In this document: piece after piece, positions 9,274-18,692 of the stretch
Layout: every line of letters starts with the position of its first letter
Position numbering within the stretch: the stretch's first letter is position 1
NCBI GenBank assembly: GCA_965261255.1
Contig: CBDHCQ010000004.1
Location: 3,150,604-3,214,603, forward strand
Direction: 5' to 3'
DNA: 64,000 nt
Source of the DNA: Rhodothermales bacterium
Lineage (GTDB): Bacteria > Bacteroidota > Rhodothermia > Rhodothermales > Bin80
Made by a program: the position numbers and the translations under genes
Notes under the pieces: generated by a model
The model's database searches: none
What the model saw: only the letters and a program-made list of their open reading frames with translations
Told to the model about the DNA's origin: nothing

Positions 9274-10539
9274 TCAAAAATCAACCGAGTACACCACGAC
9301 CATATACTCACCGGATTCACTACGCAGGGTACCGTAAGCGCGTGCGTTGGCGGTATCAATCACGTACAATCTCAGGGTTCTTGGAAGCAGAACCTGACCG
9401 ATCATCCTGCCTTCAGAATCAAGCACTTGCCACCGTGCTTCGCTGGCAGGGGCCTCAACGTAGTCTTTGATCCAGATATTATCCTGATCATCAATTACGA
9501 AATACCTATACGCAGGCTTGAACTCTGGGTACATCTCGCGAGCTTCTTTTTCTAACCACGCGGGGAAATTGCGTTTCAAGGGTACACGATCGTGGGGCCG
9601 CCGGATAGTGCGGACTGTATCACCTGCCAGTGATGTCACCAAGATGTCAATTTCCGTATTCCACCCCGAGTAGAGAAGCTGACTAGCACTCAATCCGAAC
9701 ATCGAGTTAGGGGCATACTCGGCTTCCCGCACGAATGGGCCACGATCAGGGTCGAAACCAACATAAACGTCTAAGTTCGGTAGGCGAGCGAGTTCGCGGA
9801 TACGCTCTCCCGCCCAAGACGTAAGAACGACGTAACTGTGCCGGGGCTCCCCTACGTTGTCGGATAGTACCATCGTACTGTACTGCATGATGGGGCCATG
9901 ATCGGAAACGCCTACGGCTGATATGGCGGCTCCCCAGTCGTCTTCGTTGTGTGGGAATCGAATCTGGCGCACAGGCGTGAAGTCTGTCGGGTCGTACACA
10001 TGTAAGATATTTTCCCTCCAATCCATAACGTAGACTGAGTCGGATGGGCCCACATCCACATCATTCACAGAGACATATTCTCCCGGACCCTCACCCACGC
10101 CACCGACAGAACCGAGCCATTCTCCGTCCAACGAGAAAACAGCAACCGAAGGTGGTCGGTGGTCTGCAATTAGGATTCTATCCTTAGAATCCACGGCCAA
10201 GTCCCCAATTTGACCGAATAGGTAGGAATTTTCGTCCGTGTCCTCACCCAGGCGAAGTATCTCGGTGAATGCTATTTCAGCCTCCACTGCACGAGGCTGC
10301 CCGACTAAAGTGCTACTGGGCAGTACCGTGATGAAGAAGACGATCAGCGCTACTTTGATTATCCGCAGACTGCTGGCACAAAAAAATACTAGTCGCCATT
10401 CTGGGAGTCGGGGAGCTTTTTCTGCACAATAGCACAGATTGAGCAGAAAACGAAAACGTGCATCGCTCTCCTCTGCACGAAACGATGTCGGGAGCGGACC
10501 AACCAGATTTCCTAACCTAAGCATTGAGTTCCATTGCAT
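9274..10539 (-). CDS. Beta-propeller-like paralogue A3; the canonical signal-peptide start is out of frame (possible pseudogene, or uses an upstream ATG)
   Basis: The family ATG (10397-10399) is +1 relative to the long ORF. There are 31 nt versus 30 nt between the ATG and CTGCGGATAATC, with a T7 run (A7 on plus, 10380-10386). The ORF stays open only via a non-homologous 47-codon extension. Confidence 0.55.
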   Translation of the reverse strand: MQWNSMLRLGNLVGPLPTSFRAEESDARFRFLLNLCYCAEKAPRLPEWRLVFFCASSLRIIKVALIVFFITVLPSSTLVGQPRAVEAEIAFTEILRLGEDTDENSYLFGQIGDLAVDSKDRILIADHRPPSVAVFSLDGEWLGSVGGVGEGPGEYVSVNDVDVGPSDSVYVMDWRENILHVYDPTDFTPVRQIRFPHNEDDWGAAISAVGVSDHGPIMQYSTMVLSDNVGEPRHSYVVLTSWAGERIRELARLPNLDVYVGFDPDRGPFVREAEYAPNSMFGLSASQLLYSGWNTEIDILVTSLAGDTVRTIRRPHDRVPLKRNFPAWLEKEAREMYPEFKPAYRYFVIDDQDNIWIKDYVEAPASEARWQVLDSEGRMIGQVLLPRTLRLYVIDTANARAYGTLRSESGEYMVVVYSVDF

Positions 10540-10786
10540 CTAAACATGAAAATTACGCCTAATCGACCCGATACGCCCCAAAATTCGCTGAAACAAGCCC
10601 CGAGTCTAAAAGGGTTAAGAGGGTCCCCAGGACATCGAAAACTGGCCGAGCAACCCAAGGTACAGCTGAAATCCTGCTGAAACTTGACCTACCTACACGC
10701 AACAGGCCAGATGTATGCAACGAACAACCCAGAGTACGGCTGAACTCCTACTCAAACCCCTCCTGAAACACATTGAACTGACCTAT

Positions 10787-10809
10787 ATTTAATTCTCGGG
10801 CAAACACTA
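10787..10809. repeat. Right copy of a perfect 23-bp direct repeat ATTTAATTCTCGGGCAAACACTA
   Basis: Identical to 5240-5262. Lies 21 nt upstream of the amidohydrolase ATG at 10830. Confidence 0.9.
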
Positions 10810-10829
10810 TACAATAACGGTAGTCAGCA

Positions 10830-12167
10830 ATGCATTATCCCCTCAGAAACATGAAAACGCAAATAGGCTTATTGATTGTTGCCGCCGGGTTGTTTACCTG
10901 CGGCTTAGTAAACGCACAGGAAATCACCGCATTTACTAATGTGACGGTGCTTCCTATGGACAGCGACCGGGTGCTGGACGCACATACAGTCCTTGTTGAG
11001 GGCGATCGCATATTGTCTGTTGGATCAGATGTTGAGGTGCCTCTCGGGGCACAGATGATTGATGGTACAGGCAAGTTTCTATTGCCGGGCCTTGCAGAAA
11101 TGCACGGTCATATACCACGACCAGATCAGCCTGAACAGTACACCGAAGATGTGCTTTTTCTGTATGTGGCCAACGGAATTACGACCGTCCGGGGAATGCT
11201 TGGTGCCCCTGGACAGCTGGAACTTAAGCAGCGTGCAAACAATAGCGAACTTATCGCACCTACACTCTATTTAGCCGGCCCCAGTTTTAACGGAAGTTCT
11301 GTGAACTCACCGGAGCAGGCCGTCGCAATGGTGCACGAACAGGTGAAAGAAGGCTGGGATCTGCTGAAAGTGCTTACTGGCATGTCGAAGGCCGAATTTG
11401 ATGCCATGGCACGTACAGCGGCCGAAGAAGGGATTCGTTTTGGCGGCCATGTGCCTGCAGATGTGGGATTGATGCACGCACTGAATATGGGACAGGAGAC
11501 CTTTGATCATGTGGACGGCTATGTGGAATACATCCGCGCACAGGACCTCCCAGAGACCGAGGCACTGCAAGAGGCTATTGCACTCACTAAAGAGAAGGGT
11601 GGCTGGATTGTGCCGACCATGGCATTCTGGGAAGTCCTGTTTGGTGTCATTGATCTGGAAGACCTGCGGGCGTACGACGAATTGAAGTATATGCCGCCAG
11701 CGATTGTGGAAAGGTGGTTTCGAATAATTGAGGGACGACAGAATCACCCCCAATATGACAGGGCCGCGGCTTTGGATTTAATCCATACCCGTATGCGTGT
11801 GTTGCGCGCACTGCACGAGGCGGATGTTCGTATCCTTATGGGCACTGATTCCCCGCAATTCTTCAGTGTACCCGGATTCTCTTTGCATCGCGAACTTGAA
11901 CGAATGGTGGATGCGGGAATGTCCAACTATGCGATCCTTCATACAGGTACACGGGCTGTAGGTGAATATTTTGCAAACGAAGACACATTTGGAACGATCA
12001 GCGAGGGCGCACGGGCGGACCTGTTGCTGGTGGATGGCAATCCCCTTGAGGACCTCTTGCACCTGCAGGAGCTGTCCGGGGTTATGGTGCGTGGCAATTG
12101 GTACACCCGTACATTGCTGGACGAACACCTGGAAAGCATTGCAGAAGCCCATCGTAACTCTAACTGA
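10830..12167 (+). CDS. Secreted amidohydrolase-family metallohydrolase
   Basis: N-terminal signal peptide. 'LLPGLAEMHGHIP' HxH metal motif. C-terminal 'GARADLLLVDGNPLEDL' typical of amidohydrolase_1/3. Confidence 0.85.
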   Translation: MHYPLRNMKTQIGLLIVAAGLFTCGLVNAQEITAFTNVTVLPMDSDRVLDAHTVLVEGDRILSVGSDVEVPLGAQMIDGTGKFLLPGLAEMHGHIPRPDQPEQYTEDVLFLYVANGITTVRGMLGAPGQLELKQRANNSELIAPTLYLAGPSFNGSSVNSPEQAVAMVHEQVKEGWDLLKVLTGMSKAEFDAMARTAAEEGIRFGGHVPADVGLMHALNMGQETFDHVDGYVEYIRAQDLPETEALQEAIALTKEKGGWIVPTMAFWEVLFGVIDLEDLRAYDELKYMPPAIVERWFRIIEGRQNHPQYDRAAALDLIHTRMRVLRALHEADVRILMGTDSPQFFSVPGFSLHRELERMVDAGMSNYAILHTGTRAVGEYFANEDTFGTISEGARADLLLVDGNPLEDLLHLQELSGVMVRGNWYTRTLLDEHLESIAEAHRNSN

Positions 12168-12172
12168 TCTTC

Positions 12173-14749
12173 ATGCGAAGTATTGGCTTCCTGATAGTTC
12201 TTCTAGGCTTGTCTCCGCTGGTTACACAAGCCCAGAACGCAGATGCACTGTTGAATGAGGGGAGTTACCGAGAGGCGCGCGCCGCCTTCTCGGATAGCCT
12301 GTATGGTGTCAATATTGAGGGCTATTTCGAGACCTATCTCCAAACTGGAGCCTATGAGGCAGGACTTCGGCGGGCGCAGCAAATGCTCCGCAACACGTCT
12401 CAGCCGGCGTATGTGAACTATGCCATTGGCCGGCTGCAAACCGTCGCGGGCAATTGGACTGAAGCTCAAGCGGCCTATTTAGCCGCAATTCAGGCCAAGA
12501 ATGACTACTGGCTTGCGGGCCTGGAGCTTGCGGAATTGTACCGACAGCGAGGCAATTCACGTCAGGCCGAACGCCTGTATTCGGTGATCAACACTCGGCT
12601 GAGACAAGGAGGGTTCACTACCGCCCTGGGCCTTGCAATTGGAGCGCGGGCTGCAATGCGCCTGGGAGATCACCACGAGGCCAATGAAGCTTTCTCAACT
12701 GCGCTTCGCCTAGATGCAGATAACGTTCAAGTCATACTGTGGTATGGAGACCTGTACAGGATTACCCATGACGAAGCATTCGCGAAGGATCTCTACGAAA
12801 GAGCTCTAGGAATAAATTCAAGACGTGCTGAAATATACGTGAAACTGGCTGCGGTCACCGGATCGTATGCTCAGAAGGAGGAACTTGCTGAACAGGCACT
12901 TCGGATCACAGACGATTTTGTGCCGGCATTGGCACTTAAGGCCAAACTGCATTTATTAGACGGGGATTTCGCCGGAGCTGTAAGCGTCGCGAGTCAGGCA
13001 CTGGATCAAAATTTGGGCAGTATAGAGGCATGGGCGCATTATGCTGCCGCGCAACATATGCAGGGAGCGCCTGAGTCTGTGAGTCAGGCAGAAACCGCCG
13101 TTCTCGAGCTCACTACCCGTCCCGCACCCTTCTATCGCATAATTAGTGAGGATTTAGCATTGCGGTTCCGATACCCTGATGCCGCCATTTATGCCCAAAA
13201 AGCAGTCGAGTCCCATCCCGACGATGCTGCTGCGAACGCAGCCTACGCGACTGCGCTCATGCGCCTTGGAGAAGTGGGGTCAGCGCGCGCATACATGGAG
13301 CGCAGCTATGATCAGGATGCCTTTAACCTGTACGCAGCCAATACTCTAAGCCTGTTGGATGCACTGGATGAGTTCGCTACACTGACGAGTCAGCACTTTA
13401 CGCTTCGCATTCACGAGGATGAGCGGGCTGTATTGGGCCCCGTCATGTTGCGTGAAGCCGAAAAGGCTTACGATGTTCTACAGAGCTACTACGGATACGA
13501 ACCTGAGGACCGGATTCTGCTGGAGGCCTATAATGATGCAGACGATTTTGCAGTTCGCGTAGCAGGTGTACCGCATGTCGGCCTGCTGGGTGTGTGTTTT
13601 GGGGATGTTGTGGCCCTCAATACACCTGCTGCAATATCAGAAACACGGTATAACTGGGCCCGTACGCTCTGGCATGAGTTGGCACACACAATGACCGTCG
13701 GACTGAGTAATTTTCGGGTGTCAAGATGGTTGACCGAAGGCCTGTCAGTCTATGAGGAAGTGCGTGCGAACCCGGCTTGGAAGCGTGATCTGGAGCTCCG
13801 GTTCTTTACCGCGTATGATCAGGGCCGACTACACAGCCTGGATAAAATTGACCGGGGCTTTACACGTCCGACATTCCAGGGACAAGTCCTTTTGAGCTAC
13901 TATCACGCTTATCGCGTCATTGAATTTGTCGTCGACGAATATGGATTTGATGCAATAATAGACTTACTGAAGTCTTTGGCAAGTGGGCAACAAGAGTCGG
14001 CAGCAATACAAAACGCACTAGGCGTGTCACGTGAGGCGCTGGATACAGCATTTAGGGTACATCTGGATCAGGAAAGAGATCTACTGGATCCCGTACTTCG
14101 AGGATGGCCGGATATGCTTACCGAAGAACTGCACGGTGGAAACCTGCGGGAGTATCTGGCCGGCATCGGCGAAAGCTCCTTCTATGATCTTTTGACCGAA
14201 GGGGAGGAAGCCCTTGAAGCGGACAGACTCGACGACGCCGAGTCTGCGTACCGCATGGCACTGGACATCTATTCGGACTACACCGGTCCAGGTAACCCTC
14301 ATGAAGGTCTGGCAGAAGTGTATCGGCGGCGAGGACAGGTTACTGAACTAGCCCAGATCCTGCAGGATCACCTCGCCAGGCATCCCTACGGAGATGCACA
14401 GGCAGTAGAGCTGGCAGGTATCTTGCTGCAGCGTACAGATACAACCCGGGCCGTGAGCTACCTGACGCGTTCGCGCTACACACAACCCTATGATGCGGAG
14501 GTTCTCGGACAATTGGCTGAACTGTACGCCGATCTGGGCCAATATGCACAAGCGGTAGAAATGCGACGGGCACTATTGGCGCTCAATCCGGTAAATCGCG
14601 CCGAGGCACAGTTCGCACTAGCGGCCAGCCTGTACCGCAACCGACAAATGACTGAGGCAAAACGAGCAGTACTTCAGTCACTTGAAATTGCACCGGGTTA
14701 CCGCGAGGCACAAAGACTGCTATTGAAAATAGTGGACGGCGATGAGTAG
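12173..14749 (+). CDS. Secreted TPR-repeat protein with a central peptidase-MA-like zinc metallopeptidase domain
   Basis: Signal peptide. TPR-like helical repeats at both ends. 'WHELAHTMTV...SRWLTEGLSVYEE' (HExxH plus downstream E). Confidence 0.8.
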   Translation: MRSIGFLIVLLGLSPLVTQAQNADALLNEGSYREARAAFSDSLYGVNIEGYFETYLQTGAYEAGLRRAQQMLRNTSQPAYVNYAIGRLQTVAGNWTEAQAAYLAAIQAKNDYWLAGLELAELYRQRGNSRQAERLYSVINTRLRQGGFTTALGLAIGARAAMRLGDHHEANEAFSTALRLDADNVQVILWYGDLYRITHDEAFAKDLYERALGINSRRAEIYVKLAAVTGSYAQKEELAEQALRITDDFVPALALKAKLHLLDGDFAGAVSVASQALDQNLGSIEAWAHYAAAQHMQGAPESVSQAETAVLELTTRPAPFYRIISEDLALRFRYPDAAIYAQKAVESHPDDAAANAAYATALMRLGEVGSARAYMERSYDQDAFNLYAANTLSLLDALDEFATLTSQHFTLRIHEDERAVLGPVMLREAEKAYDVLQSYYGYEPEDRILLEAYNDADDFAVRVAGVPHVGLLGVCFGDVVALNTPAAISETRYNWARTLWHELAHTMTVGLSNFRVSRWLTEGLSVYEEVRANPAWKRDLELRFFTAYDQGRLHSLDKIDRGFTRPTFQGQVLLSYYHAYRVIEFVVDEYGFDAIIDLLKSLASGQQESAAIQNALGVSREALDTAFRVHLDQERDLLDPVLRGWPDMLTEELHGGNLREYLAGIGESSFYDLLTEGEEALEADRLDDAESAYRMALDIYSDYTGPGNPHEGLAEVYRRRGQVTELAQILQDHLARHPYGDAQAVELAGILLQRTDTTRAVSYLTRSRYTQPYDAEVLGQLAELYADLGQYAQAVEMRRALLALNPVNRAEAQFALAASLYRNRQMTEAKRAVLQSLEIAPGYREAQRLLLKIVDGDE

Positions 14750-15473
14750 ATGCATGCAAACCATCGTGGTGATGATGGTTCTGGCCTTGTGCAGCACAGA
14801 AGCTCTGGCACAGACCGACTACGGCTTCCGGTTTGTACGCGTGCGATTTGAGGTACCAGGAATGAATGAGCGTGGCAGGGGATGGGGGCGAGGCGGCGGA
14901 GCCATGTGGGCACATGACTATCCGGTCGCTGAGCAGAACTTTTATATCGCACTTGATCGCACCACTACAATTCATGTCGAAGAGCCGTACTTGGTGCTGG
15001 ATCTAATGGATCCAGCGATCTTTGAACACCCCATTCTATATCTCTGCGAGCCAGGGTACTGGCAGATGACAGAAGAAGAGGTTGAGCAGCTGAGTGAATA
15101 CCTGAATAGAGGGGGATTCCTGCTTTTTGATGACTTTCGGGGAGACTATGAGTGGTATAATCTCTATGAACAGATGCAACGTGTCCTCCCGAACCGCGAG
15201 CCGGTTGAGCTTCCGGCGACCCACCCAATATGGAGTATCTACTTTGATGTCGACCCAGTTGCCGCCCCTTCTCTGGTGAGTGGGTATTTTGGATCTCTTA
15301 GCGCGGATCGATACATGGGGTACTTTGACGACAATGGCCGTCTTATGGCACTGGCGAACCATAACCAGGATATTGGCGATGGTTGGGAATATCCTGACCG
15401 GGATTTCGAGAATGCATCCACCATCAGCTTCCAAATGGGCATCAACTTTGTGATGTATGCACTCACACACTGA
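14742..15473 (+). CDS. DUF4159-domain protein
   Basis: Signal peptide. 'FRFVRVRF...WAHDYPVAEQNF...PILYLCEPGYWQMTEEEVEQLSEYLNRGGFLLFDDF' matches the DUF4159 pattern. Overlaps the upstream stop by 8 nt. Confidence 0.75.
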   Translation: MSRCMQTIVVMMVLALCSTEALAQTDYGFRFVRVRFEVPGMNERGRGWGRGGGAMWAHDYPVAEQNFYIALDRTTTIHVEEPYLVLDLMDPAIFEHPILYLCEPGYWQMTEEEVEQLSEYLNRGGFLLFDDFRGDYEWYNLYEQMQRVLPNREPVELPATHPIWSIYFDVDPVAAPSLVSGYFGSLSADRYMGYFDDNGRLMALANHNQDIGDGWEYPDRDFENASTISFQMGINFVMYALTH

Positions 15474-15566
15474 TCTGACAACACGCGGGCAACTAGCCAC
15501 CTTTTATTCCGTAGCCGGTATTACGGCTTCACTTAGACTCTAATTGTTTTGACAGCTATAGACGAG

Positions 15567-16565
15567 ATGGAGAAACCTGCGCTTGAGCGTTTGCGCGAAG
15601 GCAAATCCCAAATTATGTCGCAGGTACGCCGACGTATAATTGGACAGGATGATGTGATTGAACAAGTCCTGATTGCACTTTTCTCGGGAGGGCACTGCCT
15701 GCTGACCGGGGTCCCGGGGCTTGCCAAAACACTTCTCATCAAGTCGCTCGGAGAAGTGCTGGATTTATCCTACAAACGCATTCAGTTCACGCCGGATCTC
15801 ATGCCGGCAGACATTACAGGAATGGACATGCTGGATGAGGATCGCACGACCGGACGACGAACGATTGAGTTTGTTAAGGGACCAATCTTTGCCAATATTA
15901 TTCTTGCAGACGAGATCAACCGCACGCCTCCCAAGACACAGGCGGCACTGCTGGAAGCAATGCAGGAATATCAAGTTACCGCCGCCGGCGAAAGATATAC
16001 GTTGGATAAACCCTTTTTTGTCCTAGCCACGCAGAACCCCATTGAGCTTGAGGGCACTTACCCATTGCCAGAAGCGCAGTTGGACCGATTCATGTTCAAT
16101 ATTGTGATCGATTATCTGTCTGCCGAGGACGAGTTGCAGGTTGCTCTGGAAACGACCACACGCGAACTGGCATCCCTAGATACTGTATTGTCCGGGGCAG
16201 ATATTCTGGCATTCCAAAGCGAGATTCGCAAGGTATTTGTCCCCAAAAACGTCGCACAGTTTGCTGTGGATCTTGTACGCAGTACAAGGCCAGGCAGGAA
16301 TGGAACACTAGAATTTGTTTCCAATTGGGTGAGTTGGGGAGCGGGTTTGCGCGCTACACAGTACTTGCTGCTGGGGGGCAAGGTACGCGCAGCCTTACGC
16401 GGCAGATACAATGTGGCCATTGAAGACATCCATGCTCTTGCCAATCCGGTCCTCCGCCATCGCGTATTGACAAATTTTTACGCGGAGAGCGAAGGCATAA
16501 CAGTTGAGAGGGTCATTGAGCAACTCCTGAACGACATTCCCGAACCCAAGAGTGGACTATCGTAA
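15567..16565 (+). CDS. MoxR-family AAA+ ATPase
   Basis: 'GHCLLTGVPGLAKT' Walker A, 'ILADEINR' Walker B, MoxR length and C-terminal lid. ATG 15567 preferred over the track TTG at 15549. Confidence 0.9.
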   Translation: MEKPALERLREGKSQIMSQVRRRIIGQDDVIEQVLIALFSGGHCLLTGVPGLAKTLLIKSLGEVLDLSYKRIQFTPDLMPADITGMDMLDEDRTTGRRTIEFVKGPIFANIILADEINRTPPKTQAALLEAMQEYQVTAAGERYTLDKPFFVLATQNPIELEGTYPLPEAQLDRFMFNIVIDYLSAEDELQVALETTTRELASLDTVLSGADILAFQSEIRKVFVPKNVAQFAVDLVRSTRPGRNGTLEFVSNWVSWGAGLRATQYLLLGGKVRAALRGRYNVAIEDIHALANPVLRHRVLTNFYAESEGITVERVIEQLLNDIPEPKSGLS

Positions 16566-16586
16566 TCTGGGAGGTTTCACCCCGGA

Positions 16587-17954
16587 TCAGATAGTGAACA
16601 ATTCGCCCTGACCCGGTGTCAGCACGCGTGCATTGGGGCATTTCTCACGAATGGTTGCTGCGAGCCATTGCCGGGCCTTGGTTTCTCCGTGCACCAGAAT
16701 AATCGTTTTCGGCTGGAGCTCAGCGGCAAGTTTGGCCAGATCCTGTCGATTGGCATGCCCGCTGAACCGGAAGCGATCTACCTCACACACTATTTTCTGC
16801 ATGCCATGCTCACGACTCAGCAATACTCCCTCCGCCCCACTTTGCGCCGCATGAAGAAGCTTCCCTGCAGGCAGGTCCTCTTTCGCAAATCCAACGAAAA
16901 AAATAGCGTGCCTTTCATCTTCTAGAAGCTCCACGGCTACCTGATGTGACAGCGTACGCTCAATCATCATGCCACTGGCCAAAACATGAATCCCGGGCTG
17001 GTTCAAAGCATTTCGTCGTGCCTTGTGACCTCGAGGAAACTGTCTCTGTTGTACCCCATAAACCATGAACTCCGAATCGATGCGTGGTGTAGAATCGGCA
17101 CAATCATCATAGATGCGCGAAACTTCTCGCAATCCGCCTGCACTGTAGATGGGCGTCTCTGGATCAATAATCTCTCGGCGCTTGTAGCGCCCGAGGAGTG
17201 CCAGTATTTCTTGTGCTCGCCCCAACATAAATACAGGCAAGAGTACTGTTCCGCCCCGTTTTAGGACTGCTGCAAGCCGCTCACCAAAACGTATCTCCTC
17301 CTGCTCCCGCGTGATGGTCTCTGCCACGGGATCAGCACCGAGAGTCGACTCCATGATGAGTACATCAACCGGCTCTGAGGGATAGCTCCCACCTGGAATA
17401 ATTGTCTGGTCCTGCACACAGGTATCACTGGTGTAAAAAATGCGCCGACCATCGTCAGTAGCTAACAGTACACCGGTAGCACCCAGCAGGTGTCCTGAGT
17501 AATAGAACTTGGTCTGGATGTGCCCGGGCTGCAAGTCAAACCATTCGTCGTACGGATGCGACCGGAAGGCATCAAGAACGTCCTCAAGGTCCTCTTCGTC
17601 GAACAGTGCGCGAAAAGGGGATGAGCCCTCGTCAAACTTTCGTTGCTGAAGCCTAGCAGATGCATACAGCATGGAGGTTGTTAACGTTCGTGTGGCTGGC
17701 GTGAGATGCAACCGTGCCATAGGCCACTTTTCGTTCAAGGCGGGGAGGCTTCCGATATGATCGTGGTGTGCATGCGTGACGAAGACATGATCGATTTCGC
17801 GATTTATTATCGGGACAAAATCAGGCAAAGTGGCAGGTCCGTCCTCATTCGGATCTGCGCCAACATCCAAAACAATCCCGGTGCCGTTAACGCCGAGGTA
17901 ATGGCAACTTGCGCCTATGTCGTTGGCGTTGCCGAGTGAAATAAAGTCTATCAT
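16587..17954 (-). CDS. MBL-fold / beta-CASP family hydrolase (RNA-metabolising type)
   Basis: 'VFVTHAHHDHIGSLP' metallo-beta-lactamase motif. ~455 aa with a beta-CASP-like C-terminal half ('FSGHANRQDL'). Confidence 0.85.
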   Translation of the reverse strand: MIDFISLGNANDIGASCHYLGVNGTGIVLDVGADPNEDGPATLPDFVPIINREIDHVFVTHAHHDHIGSLPALNEKWPMARLHLTPATRTLTTSMLYASARLQQRKFDEGSSPFRALFDEEDLEDVLDAFRSHPYDEWFDLQPGHIQTKFYYSGHLLGATGVLLATDDGRRIFYTSDTCVQDQTIIPGGSYPSEPVDVLIMESTLGADPVAETITREQEEIRFGERLAAVLKRGGTVLLPVFMLGRAQEILALLGRYKRREIIDPETPIYSAGGLREVSRIYDDCADSTPRIDSEFMVYGVQQRQFPRGHKARRNALNQPGIHVLASGMMIERTLSHQVAVELLEDERHAIFFVGFAKEDLPAGKLLHAAQSGAEGVLLSREHGMQKIVCEVDRFRFSGHANRQDLAKLAAELQPKTIILVHGETKARQWLAATIREKCPNARVLTPGQGELFTI

Positions 17955-17963
17955 GATGTGGGC

Positions 17964-18638
17964 TTAGCCCGCCTGATTTTGTTTGAAGGCGTCCCAGTCC
18001 CCCAGGAATTTTGCAAGCCCGATATCTGTGAGCGGATGCTTGAGCAGCTTCTTGATCACTCCCAGAGGCATCGTGGCTACGTGCGCCCCTAGGAGTGCGG
18101 AATGCGTAACGTGCATGGGATGGCGAATAGAGGCAGCAAGTACTTCTGTGGCGTAGCCATAATTCTCGTAGATCTGGATGATCTCCTGCAGCAGGTTCAT
18201 GCCGTCCGAGGAAATGTCATCCACACGCCCCAGGAACGGACTGATGTACGCTGCACCGGCTTTAGCAGCCAGGAGTGCCTGCGTGGAAGAAAAACAAAGC
18301 GTGCAGTTGGACCGAATACCCTCCTGAGCAAGTGCGTTAATGGCCTTGATTCCATCCAGGATCAGGGGGACTTTAACTACAACATTTTCCCGGATAGCTG
18401 CCAGCGCGCGCCCCTGTTCCATGATCCCGTCAAAGTCAACAGCAGTCACTTCGGCGGAGACGTCCCCCGGAACCATGTCACAGATTCGGGCTATGTGTTC
18501 ATGAAAATCCAGTGGTTGCCCGGCGCGTTCAGAAGCAAGTTTCATCAGGGACGGGTTGGTTGTCACGCCGTCCAAGACTCCCATTTCACTGGCTTCCTGG
18601 ATTTCGTTCAGATCTGCTGTGTCAATGAAAAATTTCAT
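17964..18638 (-). CDS. tal: Short-form transaldolase / fructose-6-phosphate aldolase
   Basis: 'MKFFIDTADLNEIQEA...GVTTNPSL', 224 aa, with the Schiff-base Lys context 'VVKVP'. Confidence 0.9.
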   Translation of the reverse strand: MKFFIDTADLNEIQEASEMGVLDGVTTNPSLMKLASERAGQPLDFHEHIARICDMVPGDVSAEVTAVDFDGIMEQGRALAAIRENVVVKVPLILDGIKAINALAQEGIRSNCTLCFSSTQALLAAKAGAAYISPFLGRVDDISSDGMNLLQEIIQIYENYGYATEVLAASIRHPMHVTHSALLGAHVATMPLGVIKKLLKHPLTDIGLAKFLGDWDAFKQNQAG

Positions 18639-18692
18639 TTGATGTAGGGCTGGTTTGTGTTCAAAGCGTGGTGAACCTCAAGAGCTTGCCGT

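Larger units (their letters stand above)
5470..10450. repeat. Tandem triplication, unit ~1.83 kb (gene + ~0.7 kb conserved spacer)
   Basis: Stop codons of the three paralogues lie at 5614, 7443 and 9274 (spacing 1829 and 1831 bp). Coding and intergenic parts both align by eye. Boundaries are approximate. Confidence 0.8.

Noticed and set aside
5511-9555. Plus-strand ORFs 5511-5810, 7223-7639, 9010-9555 and 9093-9470, 'conserved' between the three repeat units
   Set aside because: They run antisense across the 3' ends of A1-A3 and are conserved only because the DNA is triplicated. No start or motif support.
12173-16565. TPR/peptidase-MA + DUF4159 + MoxR cluster as a possible novel system (MoxR without a DUF58/vWA partner)
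   Set aside because: MoxR/DUF4159/TPR combinations are widespread Bat-like envelope clusters in FCB bacteria. The missing partners may simply lie elsewhere. Nothing in the sequence itself is unusual.
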